A DNA stretch of 58,264 bases, filler included, from an uncultured bacterium (GTDB lineage: Bacteria; DAOPZR01): assembly GCA_964637655.1 (NCBI GenBank). It is 2 parts of 2 records of this genome, joined end to end, with 100 filler letters (N's around TTAATTAATTAA, not from the genome) between each part and the next. Parts side by side here need not be neighbours in the genome. Positions count along the whole stretch, not along the records: positions 29,365 to 58,264 come from CAZWUZ010000016.1; 1 more part is not named here. One strand, written 5' to 3'. The notes below the pieces were generated by a model. The model was not told the DNA's origin, made no database searches, and worked only from the letters and a program-made list of their open reading frames with translations. The translations under genes were made by a program, and so were the position numbers. Of this stretch, positions 34,925 through 45,438 are shown piece by piece (position 1 is the first letter of the stretch; the number at the start of each line of letters is the position of its first letter).

Positions 34925-34927
34925 GCA

Positions 34928-37453
34928 ATGGCACAGACACGGAAACTCGCCGCCCGGGGCAAGGGGGGCGGGCAGTTCACCATGGTGCGGCCGGGGGAGA
35001 TCGCCGGCGTGCTGCTGGCCCTGCTGGCCCTGGTGCTGTTCATCGCGTTTGCGTCGTATACCCCGGATGATCCGCCCAACTCGGTGGCCGGGGCAGAGGC
35101 ACCGGTGCACAACCTGTGCGGTATTGTCGGCGCTCACGTCGCCTCCTGGAGCCATGACGCGGTGGGGCACGGCAAGTTCCTGCTGCTGCTCTGGCTGGTG
35201 ATGTTCACCTACCGCCGTTTTCGTCCCGTGCCGCCCGGGGTCGGGTTCCTCGAAGGCCTGGGTTTCGGCGTCGGGGTGCTCTCGCTGACCATGCTGCTGG
35301 CCCGCTTCGACGCGGGCTGGGGCGGCGTCTTCGGCCTCTACCTCAATACCGTCGGGGCCCGCTGGCTGGGTGAATGGGGGAGTGTGCTGCTCGCGCTGGC
35401 CGGCCTGCTCTGCTGTCTCGTGCTGACCACGCGTTTTTCGCTGCGCGACCTGCTGGCGGTGACGGGCACCGGGGCGGCGCTGGTACTGCGACACAGCATG
35501 ACCACCGGTGGCGAACTGGTGCGCAGTTTGCGCGAACACTGGCTGCAGCGGCGGACGCTGCTCGAACCGGCGCGCGAAACGGCACCGCCGCGGGTGAAAC
35601 GCCCGCGTGACGGCGCGGAGGAACCGGGCAAAGGCAGGCGCAAGGGGACGGAAGAAGCAACGGGTGAGGAAGAGGTGGAGACCTTCAGCAAGCCGGTGAA
35701 ACCGAAGATCCAGCGCCCGGAAGCGGAAGAACCGGTGGCGGAGGAAACGACCGACGACGGCAAGGTGGTCTCGCTGGCGAAAAAACGCAAGGAGCGCGAA
35801 GCGACCGGTACCCCGGCGGCAGAGAACGGGGAGGACGCGGCCGGTTCAGCCCCCGCGTCGCCCGGCCCGCGCGCCCCGCAGCCGGTGGAAGCCGCCCCGA
35901 TCCACGCCACCGACGATTACGATCCGGCGGCCTACGTGCTGCCGTCGCTGACGCTGCTGCAGGACGCGGTGGTGACGGAAACGGGGGCGGACGACGCGCA
36001 GATGCTGCGCACCTCCGACCTGCTGGTCAAGACGCTGCGCGATTTTGACATCGAGTGCCGCGTCGATACCATTACCCCGGGCCCGGTGGTGACGCTCTAC
36101 GAACTGCTCCCCGCGGCGGGGGTCCCGGTCAACAAGTTTGTCAGCCGCCAGGACGACCTCAAACTGGCGCTGGCCGCCAAGTCGATCCGCATCGTCGCGC
36201 CCATCCCGGGCAAGTCGGCGGTCGGCATCGAGGTGCCCAACCCGCAGCGCGCCAACGTCTTTTTCAAGGAGATCGCGCAGGCGGCGAAATTCCGCGACTG
36301 CAGCGGCCTGCTCAAGGTGGTGCTCGGCAAGGACGCGCTCGGCGCTCCCAACTTTCTCGAACTGGACAAGATGCCGCACCTGCTCATCGCCGGGGCCACC
36401 GGCTCGGGCAAGAGCGTCTGCATCCATTCGCTCATCACCTCGCTGCTGCTCAACGCGGCCCCGCACCAGCTCAAGTTCGTGATGATCGATCCCAAGCAGG
36501 TGGAACTGGCGATGTACCGCGATATCCCGCACCTGCTGTCGCCGGTGGTGACCGACCCGAAGGACGCGACGCGCGCGCTGCGCTGGCTGTGCGGCGAGAT
36601 GGACGCGCGCTACGAGACGCTGGCCAACGCCACCTGCCGCGACATCACCCGCTACAACGAGAAGCAGCTGGCGGCGGAACTGCCGGTAATGCCCTACGTC
36701 GTGGTCATTATCGACGAACTGGCCGACCTCATGGCGGTGGCGGCGCAGGAGTGCGAGGCGGCCATCGCGCGGCTCACCGCCAAGGCGCGCGCGGTCGGCA
36801 TCCACCTGGTGCTGGCGACGCAGCGCCCGTCGGTGGATGTCATCACCGGGCTGATCAAGGCCAACCTGCCGGCGCGCATCGCCTTTGCCGTGCTCGCCAA
36901 GGTCGACTCGCGCACCATCATCGATCAGAACGGGGCGGAGACGCTGCTCGGCAACGGCGACATGCTCTACCAGGACCCGCGCTCGGCGGAACTGGTGCGT
37001 ATGCAGGGCGCCTACCTCAGCGAGCAGGAGATCGAGGCGGTGGTGGCGGCGGTCAAGGCGCAGGGCAGGCCGCACTACCATCTCGAGGTGACGCGCAGCT
37101 CGGAACAGGCGGCGGGGAGCGAGCTGACGGATGAGGACCGCGACTACTACGAGGACGCCAAGCGGGTCATCATCCGCGCACAGAAGGGGTCGATCATGCT
37201 GCTGCAGCGCACGCTCAAGGTGAGCTACCCGCGCGCGCAGCGCCTCATCGACCAGATGGAGAAGGACAGCGTGGTCGGTCCGCAGGAGGGGCCGAAGGCG
37301 CGCAAGGTGCTGGTCACCTACAAGGATTATTACGGCGAGGAACTCGACGGCGACGTGCCGGTGGATGATGCCGGTGACGACCTGGACGCCAATGCCGACG
37401 GGACGACGGATGGTGACCATGCGGCCGGGGACGATGATGACAACCGCGGCTGA
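34928..37453 (+). CDS. ftsK: DNA translocase FtsK/SpoIIIE
   Basis: 4TM N-domain, linker, GPVVTLYE, RIVAPIPGK, MPHLLIAGATGSGKS, IIDELADLM, ATQRPSVDVITG, C-terminal gamma domain. Confidence 0.97.
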   Translation: MAQTRKLAARGKGGGQFTMVRPGEIAGVLLALLALVLFIAFASYTPDDPPNSVAGAEAPVHNLCGIVGAHVASWSHDAVGHGKFLLLLWLVMFTYRRFRPVPPGVGFLEGLGFGVGVLSLTMLLARFDAGWGGVFGLYLNTVGARWLGEWGSVLLALAGLLCCLVLTTRFSLRDLLAVTGTGAALVLRHSMTTGGELVRSLREHWLQRRTLLEPARETAPPRVKRPRDGAEEPGKGRRKGTEEATGEEEVETFSKPVKPKIQRPEAEEPVAEETTDDGKVVSLAKKRKEREATGTPAAENGEDAAGSAPASPGPRAPQPVEAAPIHATDDYDPAAYVLPSLTLLQDAVVTETGADDAQMLRTSDLLVKTLRDFDIECRVDTITPGPVVTLYELLPAAGVPVNKFVSRQDDLKLALAAKSIRIVAPIPGKSAVGIEVPNPQRANVFFKEIAQAAKFRDCSGLLKVVLGKDALGAPNFLELDKMPHLLIAGATGSGKSVCIHSLITSLLLNAAPHQLKFVMIDPKQVELAMYRDIPHLLSPVVTDPKDATRALRWLCGEMDARYETLANATCRDITRYNEKQLAAELPVMPYVVVIIDELADLMAVAAQECEAAIARLTAKARAVGIHLVLATQRPSVDVITGLIKANLPARIAFAVLAKVDSRTIIDQNGAETLLGNGDMLYQDPRSAELVRMQGAYLSEQEIEAVVAAVKAQGRPHYHLEVTRSSEQAAGSELTDEDRDYYEDAKRVIIRAQKGSIMLLQRTLKVSYPRAQRLIDQMEKDSVVGPQEGPKARKVLVTYKDYYGEELDGDVPVDDAGDDLDANADGTTDGDHAAGDDDDNRG

Positions 37454-37913
37454 CGTGCGCCCGTGGTGGCGGCGCAACCTGTCGCTGCTGCTGCTGCTGG
37501 CGGTGCTGGCGACGGCAGGTACCGCGTATGCCCTGCGCCCGCCCGACGGGGAGCAGTTCGCCCTGCTGCTGCAGCAGGCGCAGCAGGGACTGGAGACGGA
37601 AAATCCCGCGCTGCTCGAACAGGTGCTGTCGACGGGCTACAGCGACAGTTACGGGCTCAATCGCGGCGCGCTGCTCGCCTTCCTCGGCGAACACCTGTGG
37701 CAGCCGTTCAGCGTGCGCCTCAGCGTGCGCGCGCAGCAGGTGACCATGGTGGCACGACACCGCGCGCGCGCGGAACTGACCGTCGACCTGGCGCGGACGC
37801 GCGGCATGCTCCCGGCGTTCACCGAACCGTACACGGTGACGCTCGACCTGCGGCGCGAGCGTGACGGCTGGAAAATCGTTTCGGCAGTGCTGCTGCCGGC
37901 GGTGGCCCCGTGA
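37434..37913 (+). CDS. Hypothetical exported NTF2/SnoaL-like protein (start uncertain: 37434, 37437 or 37455)
   Basis: N-terminal TM, then LSTGYSD..G..R pattern and C-terminal RRERDGWKIVSA, typical of NTF2-like folds; fills the ftsK-pgsA gap. Confidence 0.6.
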   Translation: MMTTAADVRPWWRRNLSLLLLLAVLATAGTAYALRPPDGEQFALLLQQAQQGLETENPALLEQVLSTGYSDSYGLNRGALLAFLGEHLWQPFSVRLSVRAQQVTMVARHRARAELTVDLARTRGMLPAFTEPYTVTLDLRRERDGWKIVSAVLLPAVAP

Positions 37914-38521
37914 GTCCGAACTACTCGCGCCTCGCCAACCAGCTGACGCTGTTCCGGCTGGTGCTGGCGCTGGTCTTCATCGCGCTGATGCAGATCGACA
38001 CGGCGGCCTGCGCGACGGCGGGACTGTTTGTCTTCGCCATCGCCTCGATCACCGACATCTACGACGGGCGGCTGGCGCGCATGGCGGGCAAGTCGAGCAA
38101 CTTCGGCGCCTACTTCGACCCGCTGGCGGACAAGGTGCTCGTCGCCGCGGCGCTGATCGTGCTGGTGTCGTCGCGCCATGTCGCGATACCGACCTGGATG
38201 GCGATCGTCGTTATCGCGCGCGAGTTTCTCGTCACCGGCCTGCGCGTGGTCGGGGCGTCACGCGGGGTGATGATGGCGGCGGAGACGCTGGGCAAGGCGA
38301 AGACCATCTTCCAGATGGTGGCGCTGAACTTCATCCTCGCGGTGCTGGCGGTGAAGATGTATCTGGCGGAGACGTTTGCCGGCTACACGCCGCCGGCGAG
38401 CGTCGAACTGGGGATCAGGGTCTTCTACCTGCTCAACATGTGGGGGATCGTTATTCTCGGGGTGTGGTCGGGAATCGGCTACTTCGTGCGCCACGCGAAA
38501 CTTGTGGCGGACGATTTCTGA
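37910..38521 (+). CDS. pgsA: CDP-diacylglycerol--glycerol-3-phosphate 3-phosphatidyltransferase
   Basis: NQLTLFR, TDIYDGRLAR..FGAYFDPLADK, REFLVTGLR, GKAKT..Q. Confidence 0.95.
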   Translation: MSPNYSRLANQLTLFRLVLALVFIALMQIDTAACATAGLFVFAIASITDIYDGRLARMAGKSSNFGAYFDPLADKVLVAAALIVLVSSRHVAIPTWMAIVVIAREFLVTGLRVVGASRGVMMAAETLGKAKTIFQMVALNFILAVLAVKMYLAETFAGYTPPASVELGIRVFYLLNMWGIVILGVWSGIGYFVRHAKLVADDF

Positions 38522-38531
38522 GGCGGGACGG

Positions 38532-39017
38532 ATGAGCGACTGGCTGGTCAAACTGCTGGCAACGGGGGGCGGGGTCGGGTATATTCGCTTTGCCTCTGGC
38601 ACCTTCGGCACCCTGCCGCCGCTGGCGCTCGCGCTGGTGCTGGCCCTCTCGCCGGGCGCGGCAGCGGCGCCCGCGCTGCTGCTGGCGCTGGCGCTGGTGA
38701 CGACCCTGCTGGCGGTGCCCGTGGCGACGCGGGCGGAGACGCTGTTCGGGCAGAAGGACAGCGGGCGCATCGTGCTCGACGAGGTGGCGGGTTTTTTCTG
38801 GACGGTGGCGCTGGTGCCGCTGCCGGCGGGCGGGTGGCCGCTGCTGCGCCTGCTGCTCGCGGCGTTCCTGCTCTTCCGCCTCTTTGACATCTGGAAACCG
38901 TGGCCGGTGCGCGGACTGCAGCGTCTTGCCGGCGGCTACGGGGTGGTGCTCGACGACGTGGTCGCGGGCCTCTATGCGAATATCGTGCTGCGCCTGCTGC
39001 TGCACGTGTACGGCTGA
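38532..39017 (+). CDS. pgpA: Phosphatidylglycerophosphatase A
   Basis: ASGTFGT, KDSGRIVLDEVAG, FRLFDIWKPWP, GVVLDDVVAG. Confidence 0.95.
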   Translation: MSDWLVKLLATGGGVGYIRFASGTFGTLPPLALALVLALSPGAAAAPALLLALALVTTLLAVPVATRAETLFGQKDSGRIVLDEVAGFFWTVALVPLPAGGWPLLRLLLAAFLLFRLFDIWKPWPVRGLQRLAGGYGVVLDDVVAGLYANIVLRLLLHVYG

Positions 39018-39032
39018 ACCGGAGGATAACGG

Positions 39033-40346
39033 ATGAAAGTGGCAATCGTGGGGACGGGGTACGTGGGACTGGTGGCGGGCACCTGCTTCGCCGACCTGGG
39101 CAACGACGTGGTCTGCCTGGACATCGACGCGGGGAAAATCGACATGCTGCGGCGGGGCGAATCGCCCATCTACGAACCCGGCCTGTCGGAACTGATCGTC
39201 AAGAACGTCAAGGAGAAGCGCCTGCGTTTCTCCACGGACATCGCCGCGGGCATCCAATGGGCGAAATACGTGTTCATCGCGGTCGGCACCCCGAGCAACA
39301 AGCGCGGCGAAGCCGACCTGCAGTACGTCTGGGCGGTGGCGAAGACCGTCGGCAGACATATGAACGGCCCGAAGATCGTCGTCGACAAGAGCACGGTTCC
39401 CATCGGCACGGGAGACAAGGTGAGCGCGCTGATCGCGGCGGAACTGCGCAAGCGGCGGAAGAAAATCCCCTACGTCGTCGTCTCCAACCCGGAATTCCTG
39501 CGCGAGGGGTGCGCGATCAAGGACTTCATGGAACCCGACCGCGTGGTCATCGGTGCCGACCAGCCGAAGGCGGCGGCCGAGGTGGCGCGCCTCTACCAGC
39601 CGCTGCACGCCAACGTCATCCTCACCGACCTGCGCAGCGCGGAGATGATCAAGTACGCGGCCAACGCCTTCCTCTCGGTGAAAATCTCCTTCATCAACAA
39701 TATCGCCTGCCTGTGCGAGGCGATGGGCGGTGACATCAAGGCGGTGGCGGAGGGCATCGGCAGCGACCACCGTATCAACCCGTTCTTCCTGCATTCGGGC
39801 ATCGGCTACGGCGGCTCCTGTTTCCCCAAGGATGTCGATGCGCTGGAAAAACTCATGCAGGAGCACCGGGTCGACGCGGGCATTCTCGAATCGGCGCGGC
39901 GCATCAACCGCGGGCAGCGCACGCGCTTTGTGGCGCGGGTGAAAAAGGCGATGCCGAACCTGAAAGGGAAAAAGCTCGGGGTGCTCGGACTGGCGTTCAA
40001 GGCAAATACCGACGACATGCGCGAGGCGCCCGCCCTCGACATCATCCCGCCGCTGCTGCGCGCCGGCGCGCAGGTGCGCGCCTATGACCCGGTGGCGATG
40101 AAGAACGCGGCGGAACTGCTGCCGGCCGGGGTGCGCTTCTGCGACTCGGTGTGGGACGCAGTGGCGGGCGTCGACGCGGTGCTGGTACTCACCGAGTGGA
40201 ACGACTTCAAGGAGCTCAACTTCGCCGCGCTGCGCCGGAAGATGCGCGGGCGGCTGCTGTTCGACGGGCGCAACCTGTACGATCCGGCGGCGGCGCGCCG
40301 CGCGGGCTTCAACTACCACGGCATCGGCCGCAACGGGAGGGCATAG
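39033..40346 (+). CDS. ugd: UDP-glucose 6-dehydrogenase
   Basis: GTGYVGL, PIYEPGL, KSTVPIGT, SNPEFLREG, GYGGSCFPKD, GLAFKANTDDMRE. Confidence 0.96.
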   Translation: MKVAIVGTGYVGLVAGTCFADLGNDVVCLDIDAGKIDMLRRGESPIYEPGLSELIVKNVKEKRLRFSTDIAAGIQWAKYVFIAVGTPSNKRGEADLQYVWAVAKTVGRHMNGPKIVVDKSTVPIGTGDKVSALIAAELRKRRKKIPYVVVSNPEFLREGCAIKDFMEPDRVVIGADQPKAAAEVARLYQPLHANVILTDLRSAEMIKYAANAFLSVKISFINNIACLCEAMGGDIKAVAEGIGSDHRINPFFLHSGIGYGGSCFPKDVDALEKLMQEHRVDAGILESARRINRGQRTRFVARVKKAMPNLKGKKLGVLGLAFKANTDDMREAPALDIIPPLLRAGAQVRAYDPVAMKNAAELLPAGVRFCDSVWDAVAGVDAVLVLTEWNDFKELNFAALRRKMRGRLLFDGRNLYDPAAARRAGFNYHGIGRNGRA

Positions 40347-40348
40347 GC

Positions 40349-41317
40349 ATGGCACGGCGCATTCTCATCACGGGCATCACCGGCTTCGCGGGGAGTCACC
40401 TCGCGGAGTACGTCCTGCGCGAGCATCCGGAATTCGAGGTCTGCGGCACCTGGCGCTGGCGCAGCCGCATGGAAAATGTGAGCGAATGCCGGGACAAGGT
40501 GCGGCTCATCGAGTGCGACCTGCGCGACCCGGTGGCGGTGCGGCGCACGCTCGAGGAGGTGCGCCCTGAGCGCATCTTCCACCTCGCGGCGCAGAGTTTT
40601 GTGCCGGCGTCGTGGGCCTCGCCGCTCGAGGCGCTGGACACCAACATCCACTCGACGCTGCACCTGCTCGAGACCATGCGTTCGCTCGGGCTGAAGGACA
40701 CCTGGCTGCAGATCGCCTGCTCATCGGAGGAGTACGGGCTGGTGCACCCTGATGAGACGCCCATCGCCGAGACCAATCCGCTGCGCCCGCTCTCGCCCTA
40801 CGCGGTGAGCAAGGTGGCGCAGGACTATCTCGGCTACCAGTACCAGCAGAGCTACGGGCTCAAGACGGTGCGCACGCGCGGCTTCAACCACACCGGGCCG
40901 CGGCGCGGCGAGGTGTTTGTGACGAGCAACTTTTCGCGCCAGGTGGCGCTCATCGAGAAGGGGAAGCAGGCGCCGGTGGTCAAGGTGGGCAACCTCGAGG
41001 CACGGCGTGATTTCACCGACGTGCGCGACATGGTGCGCGGCTACTGGCTGGCGACGGACGGGGGCTGCACGCCGGGCGAGGTCTACAATATCGGCACGGG
41101 ACGTGATGTGACGATCCAGTGGGTGCTCGATACGCTGGTCTCGTATGCGAAAGTGAAAGTGACCGTCGAGCAGGAAGCAAGTCGCATGCGTCCGTCGGAC
41201 GTGCAGATCCTCTGCGCCGACAACAGCAAGTTCGCGCGGGCCACGGGCTGGGCGCCGTCGTACACGCTCGAACAGACGCTGCTCGACCTGCTGAACTACT
41301 GGCGCGAGCGCGTCTGA
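40349..41317 (+). CDS. gmd: GDP-mannose 4,6-dehydratase-like extended SDR
   Basis: ITGITGFAGSHL, HLAAQSFV, SSEEYG, YAVSK, FNHTGPRRGEVFV, GNLEARRD. Confidence 0.8.
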   Translation: MARRILITGITGFAGSHLAEYVLREHPEFEVCGTWRWRSRMENVSECRDKVRLIECDLRDPVAVRRTLEEVRPERIFHLAAQSFVPASWASPLEALDTNIHSTLHLLETMRSLGLKDTWLQIACSSEEYGLVHPDETPIAETNPLRPLSPYAVSKVAQDYLGYQYQQSYGLKTVRTRGFNHTGPRRGEVFVTSNFSRQVALIEKGKQAPVVKVGNLEARRDFTDVRDMVRGYWLATDGGCTPGEVYNIGTGRDVTIQWVLDTLVSYAKVKVTVEQEASRMRPSDVQILCADNSKFARATGWAPSYTLEQTLLDLLNYWRERV

Positions 41318-42274
41318 GTGCGCCTGCTCATCACCGGTGCCGGCGGGTTTGCCGGCAGCCACCTCACGGAGTTGTGCGCCGCGTGCGGCGACGAGGTGTG
41401 GGGAACGGTCTGGCCGGTGCGGGCGCAGGCGGATATCACGCCGCGGTACGGCGAGCGGGAACTGATCCCGCTCAACATCGCCGAGGCGGCGGGGGTGGCG
41501 GAGACGGTGCGGCGGGCGCGCCCCGAAGGGGTCATCCACCTGGCGGGGATGGCGTTCGTGCCGCAGGCGACGCGCGACCCGCGCGGTGCCTACGCGGCCA
41601 ATTTTTCCGGCACGGTCAATCTGCTCGACGCGCTGGCCCGGCATGCCCCGGACGCGCGGGCGGTGATGGTCACCTCAGCGGACGCCTACGGCCCGGTGCC
41701 GGAGGCACGCCAGCCGATCACCGAGGACGAACCGCTGCGCCCGGTGACGGTCTACGGGGTGAGCAAGGCGGCGGCGGACGCGGCGGCGCTGCAGGCGGCG
41801 CGCGGCAACCGGCAGCCGGTCATCGTGGCGCGCCCGTTCAACCATATCGGGACGCGCCAGCACCCGTCGTTTGTGGCCGCGAATTTCGCGCGGCAGATCG
41901 CGCAGGCCGAGGCGGGACAGCAGGAACCGCTGCTGCGCGTCGGCGACCTTTCGGCCGTGCGTGATTTCACCGATGTGCGGGATATGGTTGCCGGCTACCG
42001 GCTGCTGCTGGACAGGGGCGTGCCGGGTGAGGCGTACAACCTCGCCAGCGGCACGGGGCGCAGCATCCGCGACCTGCTCGACGGACTCTGCGCGCTGGCG
42101 CGCGTGCCGGTGCGCACGGAAACGGACACCGCGCGGCTGCGCGCGAGTGACACGCCGCGCGTGGTGGGCGACAGCGCGAAGGCGCGGGCGCTCGGCTGGC
42201 AGCCGCGTTGCGCCTGGACGGATACACTGCAGACACTGCTGGACTACTGGAGGACACAATGCGCGCACTCGTGA
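41318..42274 (+). CDS. rmd: GDP-4-keto-6-deoxymannose reductase-like extended SDR (Rmd-like)
   Basis: [42 protein letters not shown]. Confidence 0.7.
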   Translation: MRLLITGAGGFAGSHLTELCAACGDEVWGTVWPVRAQADITPRYGERELIPLNIAEAAGVAETVRRARPEGVIHLAGMAFVPQATRDPRGAYAANFSGTVNLLDALARHAPDARAVMVTSADAYGPVPEARQPITEDEPLRPVTVYGVSKAAADAAALQAARGNRQPVIVARPFNHIGTRQHPSFVAANFARQIAQAEAGQQEPLLRVGDLSAVRDFTDVRDMVAGYRLLLDRGVPGEAYNLASGTGRSIRDLLDGLCALARVPVRTETDTARLRASDTPRVVGDSAKARALGWQPRCAWTDTLQTLLDYWRTQCAHS

Positions 42275-43188
42275 CCGGCGGAGCGGGATTTCTCGGCTCG
42301 CACCTGACCGACCGGCTGCTGGCCGACGGACTCGACGTGGTGGTGGTGGACAATTTCCTGACGGGGAGCCGCGACAACATCGCCCACCTGCAGGGCAACC
42401 CGCGTTTCACGTTCGTCGAGCACGACGTGACGAAGTTCATCGCGGTGGACGGCCCGCTCGATTACGTCTTTCATTTCGCCTCCCCGGCGAGCCCCATCGA
42501 CTACCTCAAACTCCCCATCCAGACGCTCAAGGTCGGGTCGCTGGGCACGCACAACGCGCTCGGGCTGGCCAAGGCGAAGGGGGCGCGCTTCCTGCTCGCC
42601 TCGACCAGCGAGGTCTATGGCGACCCGCTGGTGCACCCGCAGACCGAGGCCTACTGGGGCAACGTCAACACCATCGGGCCGCGCGGCGTGTATGATGAAG
42701 CGAAGCGTTTCGCCGAGGCGATGACCATGGCCTACCACCGCGCGCACGGGGTGGCGACGCGCATCGTGCGCATTTTCAACACCTACGGGCCGCGCATGCG
42801 GCTCAACGACGGGCGCGTGGTGCCGGCGTTTATCGGGCAGGCGCTGCGCGGCGAGCCGCTGACGGTGTTCGGCGACGGCAGCCAGACGCGCTCGTTCTGC
42901 TATGTCAGCGACCTCATCGAGGGCATCTGGCGGCTGATGCGCTCGGACGAGGTTGAGCCGGTGAACATCGGCAACCCGCGCGAGATGACCGTGCGGCAGT
43001 TCGCGCAGGCGGTGCAGGCGCAGCTCGGCACCGACTACCCCATCGCTTACGAGCCGCTCCCGGTTGACGATCCCAAGGTGCGCCAGCCCGATATCGGCAG
43101 GGCGCAGCGCCTGCTCGGCTGGGAGCCGCGTGTCACGCTCGAAGACGGGCTGCGCGAGACCATCGCCTATTTCCGCCCCCGCTGCTGA
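42259..43188 (+). CDS. uxs: UDP-glucuronate decarboxylase (UDP-xylose synthase)
   Basis: [60 protein letters not shown]. Confidence 0.92.
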   Translation: MRALVTGGAGFLGSHLTDRLLADGLDVVVVDNFLTGSRDNIAHLQGNPRFTFVEHDVTKFIAVDGPLDYVFHFASPASPIDYLKLPIQTLKVGSLGTHNALGLAKAKGARFLLASTSEVYGDPLVHPQTEAYWGNVNTIGPRGVYDEAKRFAEAMTMAYHRAHGVATRIVRIFNTYGPRMRLNDGRVVPAFIGQALRGEPLTVFGDGSQTRSFCYVSDLIEGIWRLMRSDEVEPVNIGNPREMTVRQFAQAVQAQLGTDYPIAYEPLPVDDPKVRQPDIGRAQRLLGWEPRVTLEDGLRETIAYFRPRC

Positions 43189-43198
43189 CCGCCCGCCG

Positions 43199-44386
43199 AT
43201 GCTGCCCGTGTCACCAGCCGGGTCGCGCCTGACGGCGGCTGCCGGCTGGCTGCTGCTGCTGACCATCATCGCCCTGCCGTTCTCGGAAGGACTGAAGACT
43301 ATCGCGCTGGTCCTGTGCGTAGCGGCCGTGCTGGGGCAGGCGCACGGCCGCGCGGCAGCCGACGCGCTGCTGCCGGCCTGGCTGGCGCTGCTGGTTTCCG
43401 CGGTGCTCAGTTCCCTGGCGGCGGCGGTGCCGCTGGACAGCTGGAAAGGGGCCCTCGATCCGCTGCGCCTGACGCTGTTCTACCTCGCCTGCCGCCGGCT
43501 GCTGCGCGACGCGCAGTGGCGTGAACGGGCGCTGGCGGTCGCATGGTGGAGCGGCGTGGCGGCGGCGGTGTGGGGCGTGGGACGCTGGGCGATTGCCGCC
43601 GGGCAGTACCTGGCGTCGCTCAACGGGTGGACGCACCCGGTTGCCTGGAAATGGGTGACCACGCGGGTTCACCTGGAAATCCTTTCGCTCGGCCAGTTCA
43701 ACCACACGGCCATTTACCTGGCGCTGATCCTGCTGCTGCCGCTGGGACGCGGCGCCGCCGGCCGGCGGCTGACGATGGCGGAACTGGCTGGCGCGCTGCC
43801 GGTCGTGCTGGCGCTGTTGCTGACCACGTCGCGCGCCGCCTTCGGGCTGTGGCTGTTCTGCGCGCTGGCGGTGCTGGTCCACCGGAAATGCTGGCGCCTG
43901 CTGGGGGCCGGAGTGCTCCTGCTGCTGGTGTTTGCCGTGGTGCTGCTGCGCGCCGACTGGACGCCGGACAAGATCTTCAGCCTGCAGTCGCTGCACATGC
44001 GCGTGGCCATCTGGAAGAACGCGGCCAAAGTGGCGGCCGCGCACCCGCTGCTGGGCATCGGGCTCAACCAGTTCGGCCGGGTCGATTTCGCCGCGCTCGG
44101 TTCGGCGTTTGAGGGACGTGCCGACCACGCGCATAACCTGTACCTCAACACGCTGGTGCAGCAGGGGGCGGGCGGCCTGCTGGCACTGCTGGCGCTGGCC
44201 GGTATTGCCGCCCGGCAGCTCTGGCGCCGCCGCCGGAATGACGCGGCATGGTATATCGCGGCCGGGGCATGGCTGCTGACGTTCGGCATCGGGATGTTCA
44301 ACACCACCCTGCATCATGAACACGGGCTGCTCTTCTGCCTGTTGCTGGCGGCGGGACTGGCGGCAGCGGATCAGGAAACGGCATGA
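43199..44386 (+). CDS. waaL: O-antigen ligase family protein
   Basis: Multi-TM protein; LLTTSRAA, R..IW, HPLLGIGLNQF and HAHNLYL (Wzy_C/WaaL) motifs. Confidence 0.85.
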   Translation: MLPVSPAGSRLTAAAGWLLLLTIIALPFSEGLKTIALVLCVAAVLGQAHGRAAADALLPAWLALLVSAVLSSLAAAVPLDSWKGALDPLRLTLFYLACRRLLRDAQWRERALAVAWWSGVAAAVWGVGRWAIAAGQYLASLNGWTHPVAWKWVTTRVHLEILSLGQFNHTAIYLALILLLPLGRGAAGRRLTMAELAGALPVVLALLLTTSRAAFGLWLFCALAVLVHRKCWRLLGAGVLLLLVFAVVLLRADWTPDKIFSLQSLHMRVAIWKNAAKVAAAHPLLGIGLNQFGRVDFAALGSAFEGRADHAHNLYLNTLVQQGAGGLLALLALAGIAARQLWRRRRNDAAWYIAAGAWLLTFGIGMFNTTLHHEHGLLFCLLLAAGLAAADQETA

Positions 44387-45438
44387 GCGCTGCTGCTGCC
44401 CGCCTCGCGGCGTGCGGCCTGCTGCCGGGGTATGCCCTGCGGCGGCTCCTGCTGCCGCCGCGCCGGCGGCCGTGGCGCAGGGTGCTGTTCGTGCGCCTCG
44501 ATTTCGTCGGCGACATGGTCGCGTACCTGCCGGTGCTTGAACTCTTTCACCGGCGCTATCCGCAGACGGAACTCCACGTGCTTGCCGAACTGGCGGCGTG
44601 GCAGCCGCTGCTCGAAGCGCAGCCGCATATCACGCGGGTGCATGACGCGGCGGCGGTGATGGCGGCGGCGCGGCGCGGGACGGCCGACTGGCCGGCCGTG
44701 CGGGAACTGCTGCGCACGCTGCGCGCGGAGCGATACGACGCGGTTGTGCTTGCCAACAAGCACCGCAACGTGTGGCTCAATGTCGCCGCGGCGCTCGTCG
44801 GGCGCGGCGAGGTCTACGGGTTCGCCTCGCGCAGCGCGCGCCTGCTCTTCCGCGCGGCGCCACCCGAGGATGTGACCCTTGCCGAAACGGCGCGCAACTG
44901 TGCGCTGCTGCCGCTGCTGGGGGTGCCGCTACCGGCTGTACTGCCGTCGCCGCGCCTGCAGGTGACGGCGCGGCCGCGCCCGGCGGACGACATGACGGCG
45001 GTCGCCGTGCATGCGGGGAGCACGCAGCCGCACAAGCGCTGGCCGGCGGAACGGTTTGCGGCGACCCTGGCTGCCGCCGGGCGGCCGCTGCGCGTCACGC
45101 TGGTGGGCACGGAAGCCGATCGCGCGGCGAACGCGACCGTGCGCGCGGCGCTGCCGCCGGGTATCGCGGCGGACGACCGTACCGGGACGACGACGCTGGC
45201 GGAACTGGCGGCGTTGCTGGCGGCCCACGACCTGCTGCTGGGGAATGACAGCGGGGTCATGCATCTGGCGGCGGCGGTCGGCACGCGTGCGGTGGCGGTC
45301 TTCGGGCCGACTGACGCGGGCAAGTGGCTGCCGCCCGGGGCGACGGCGATCACGGCGCCCGCCGGCGACCTGGCCGCGCTGCCGGTTGAACCGGTTGCGG
45401 CTGCCGTGCGGCGGGTGCTGGCGGAGGCGGCCCGGTAA
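44383..45438 (+). CDS. GT9 glycosyltransferase (ADP-heptose:LPS heptosyltransferase family)
   Basis: RLDFVGD, HAGS..KRWP, GNDSGVMHLAAAVG, VFGPT. Confidence 0.9.
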   Translation: MSAAAARLAACGLLPGYALRRLLLPPRRRPWRRVLFVRLDFVGDMVAYLPVLELFHRRYPQTELHVLAELAAWQPLLEAQPHITRVHDAAAVMAAARRGTADWPAVRELLRTLRAERYDAVVLANKHRNVWLNVAAALVGRGEVYGFASRSARLLFRAAPPEDVTLAETARNCALLPLLGVPLPAVLPSPRLQVTARPRPADDMTAVAVHAGSTQPHKRWPAERFAATLAAAGRPLRVTLVGTEADRAANATVRAALPPGIAADDRTGTTTLAELAALLAAHDLLLGNDSGVMHLAAAVGTRAVAVFGPTDAGKWLPPGATAITAPAGDLAALPVEPVAAAVRRVLAEAAR

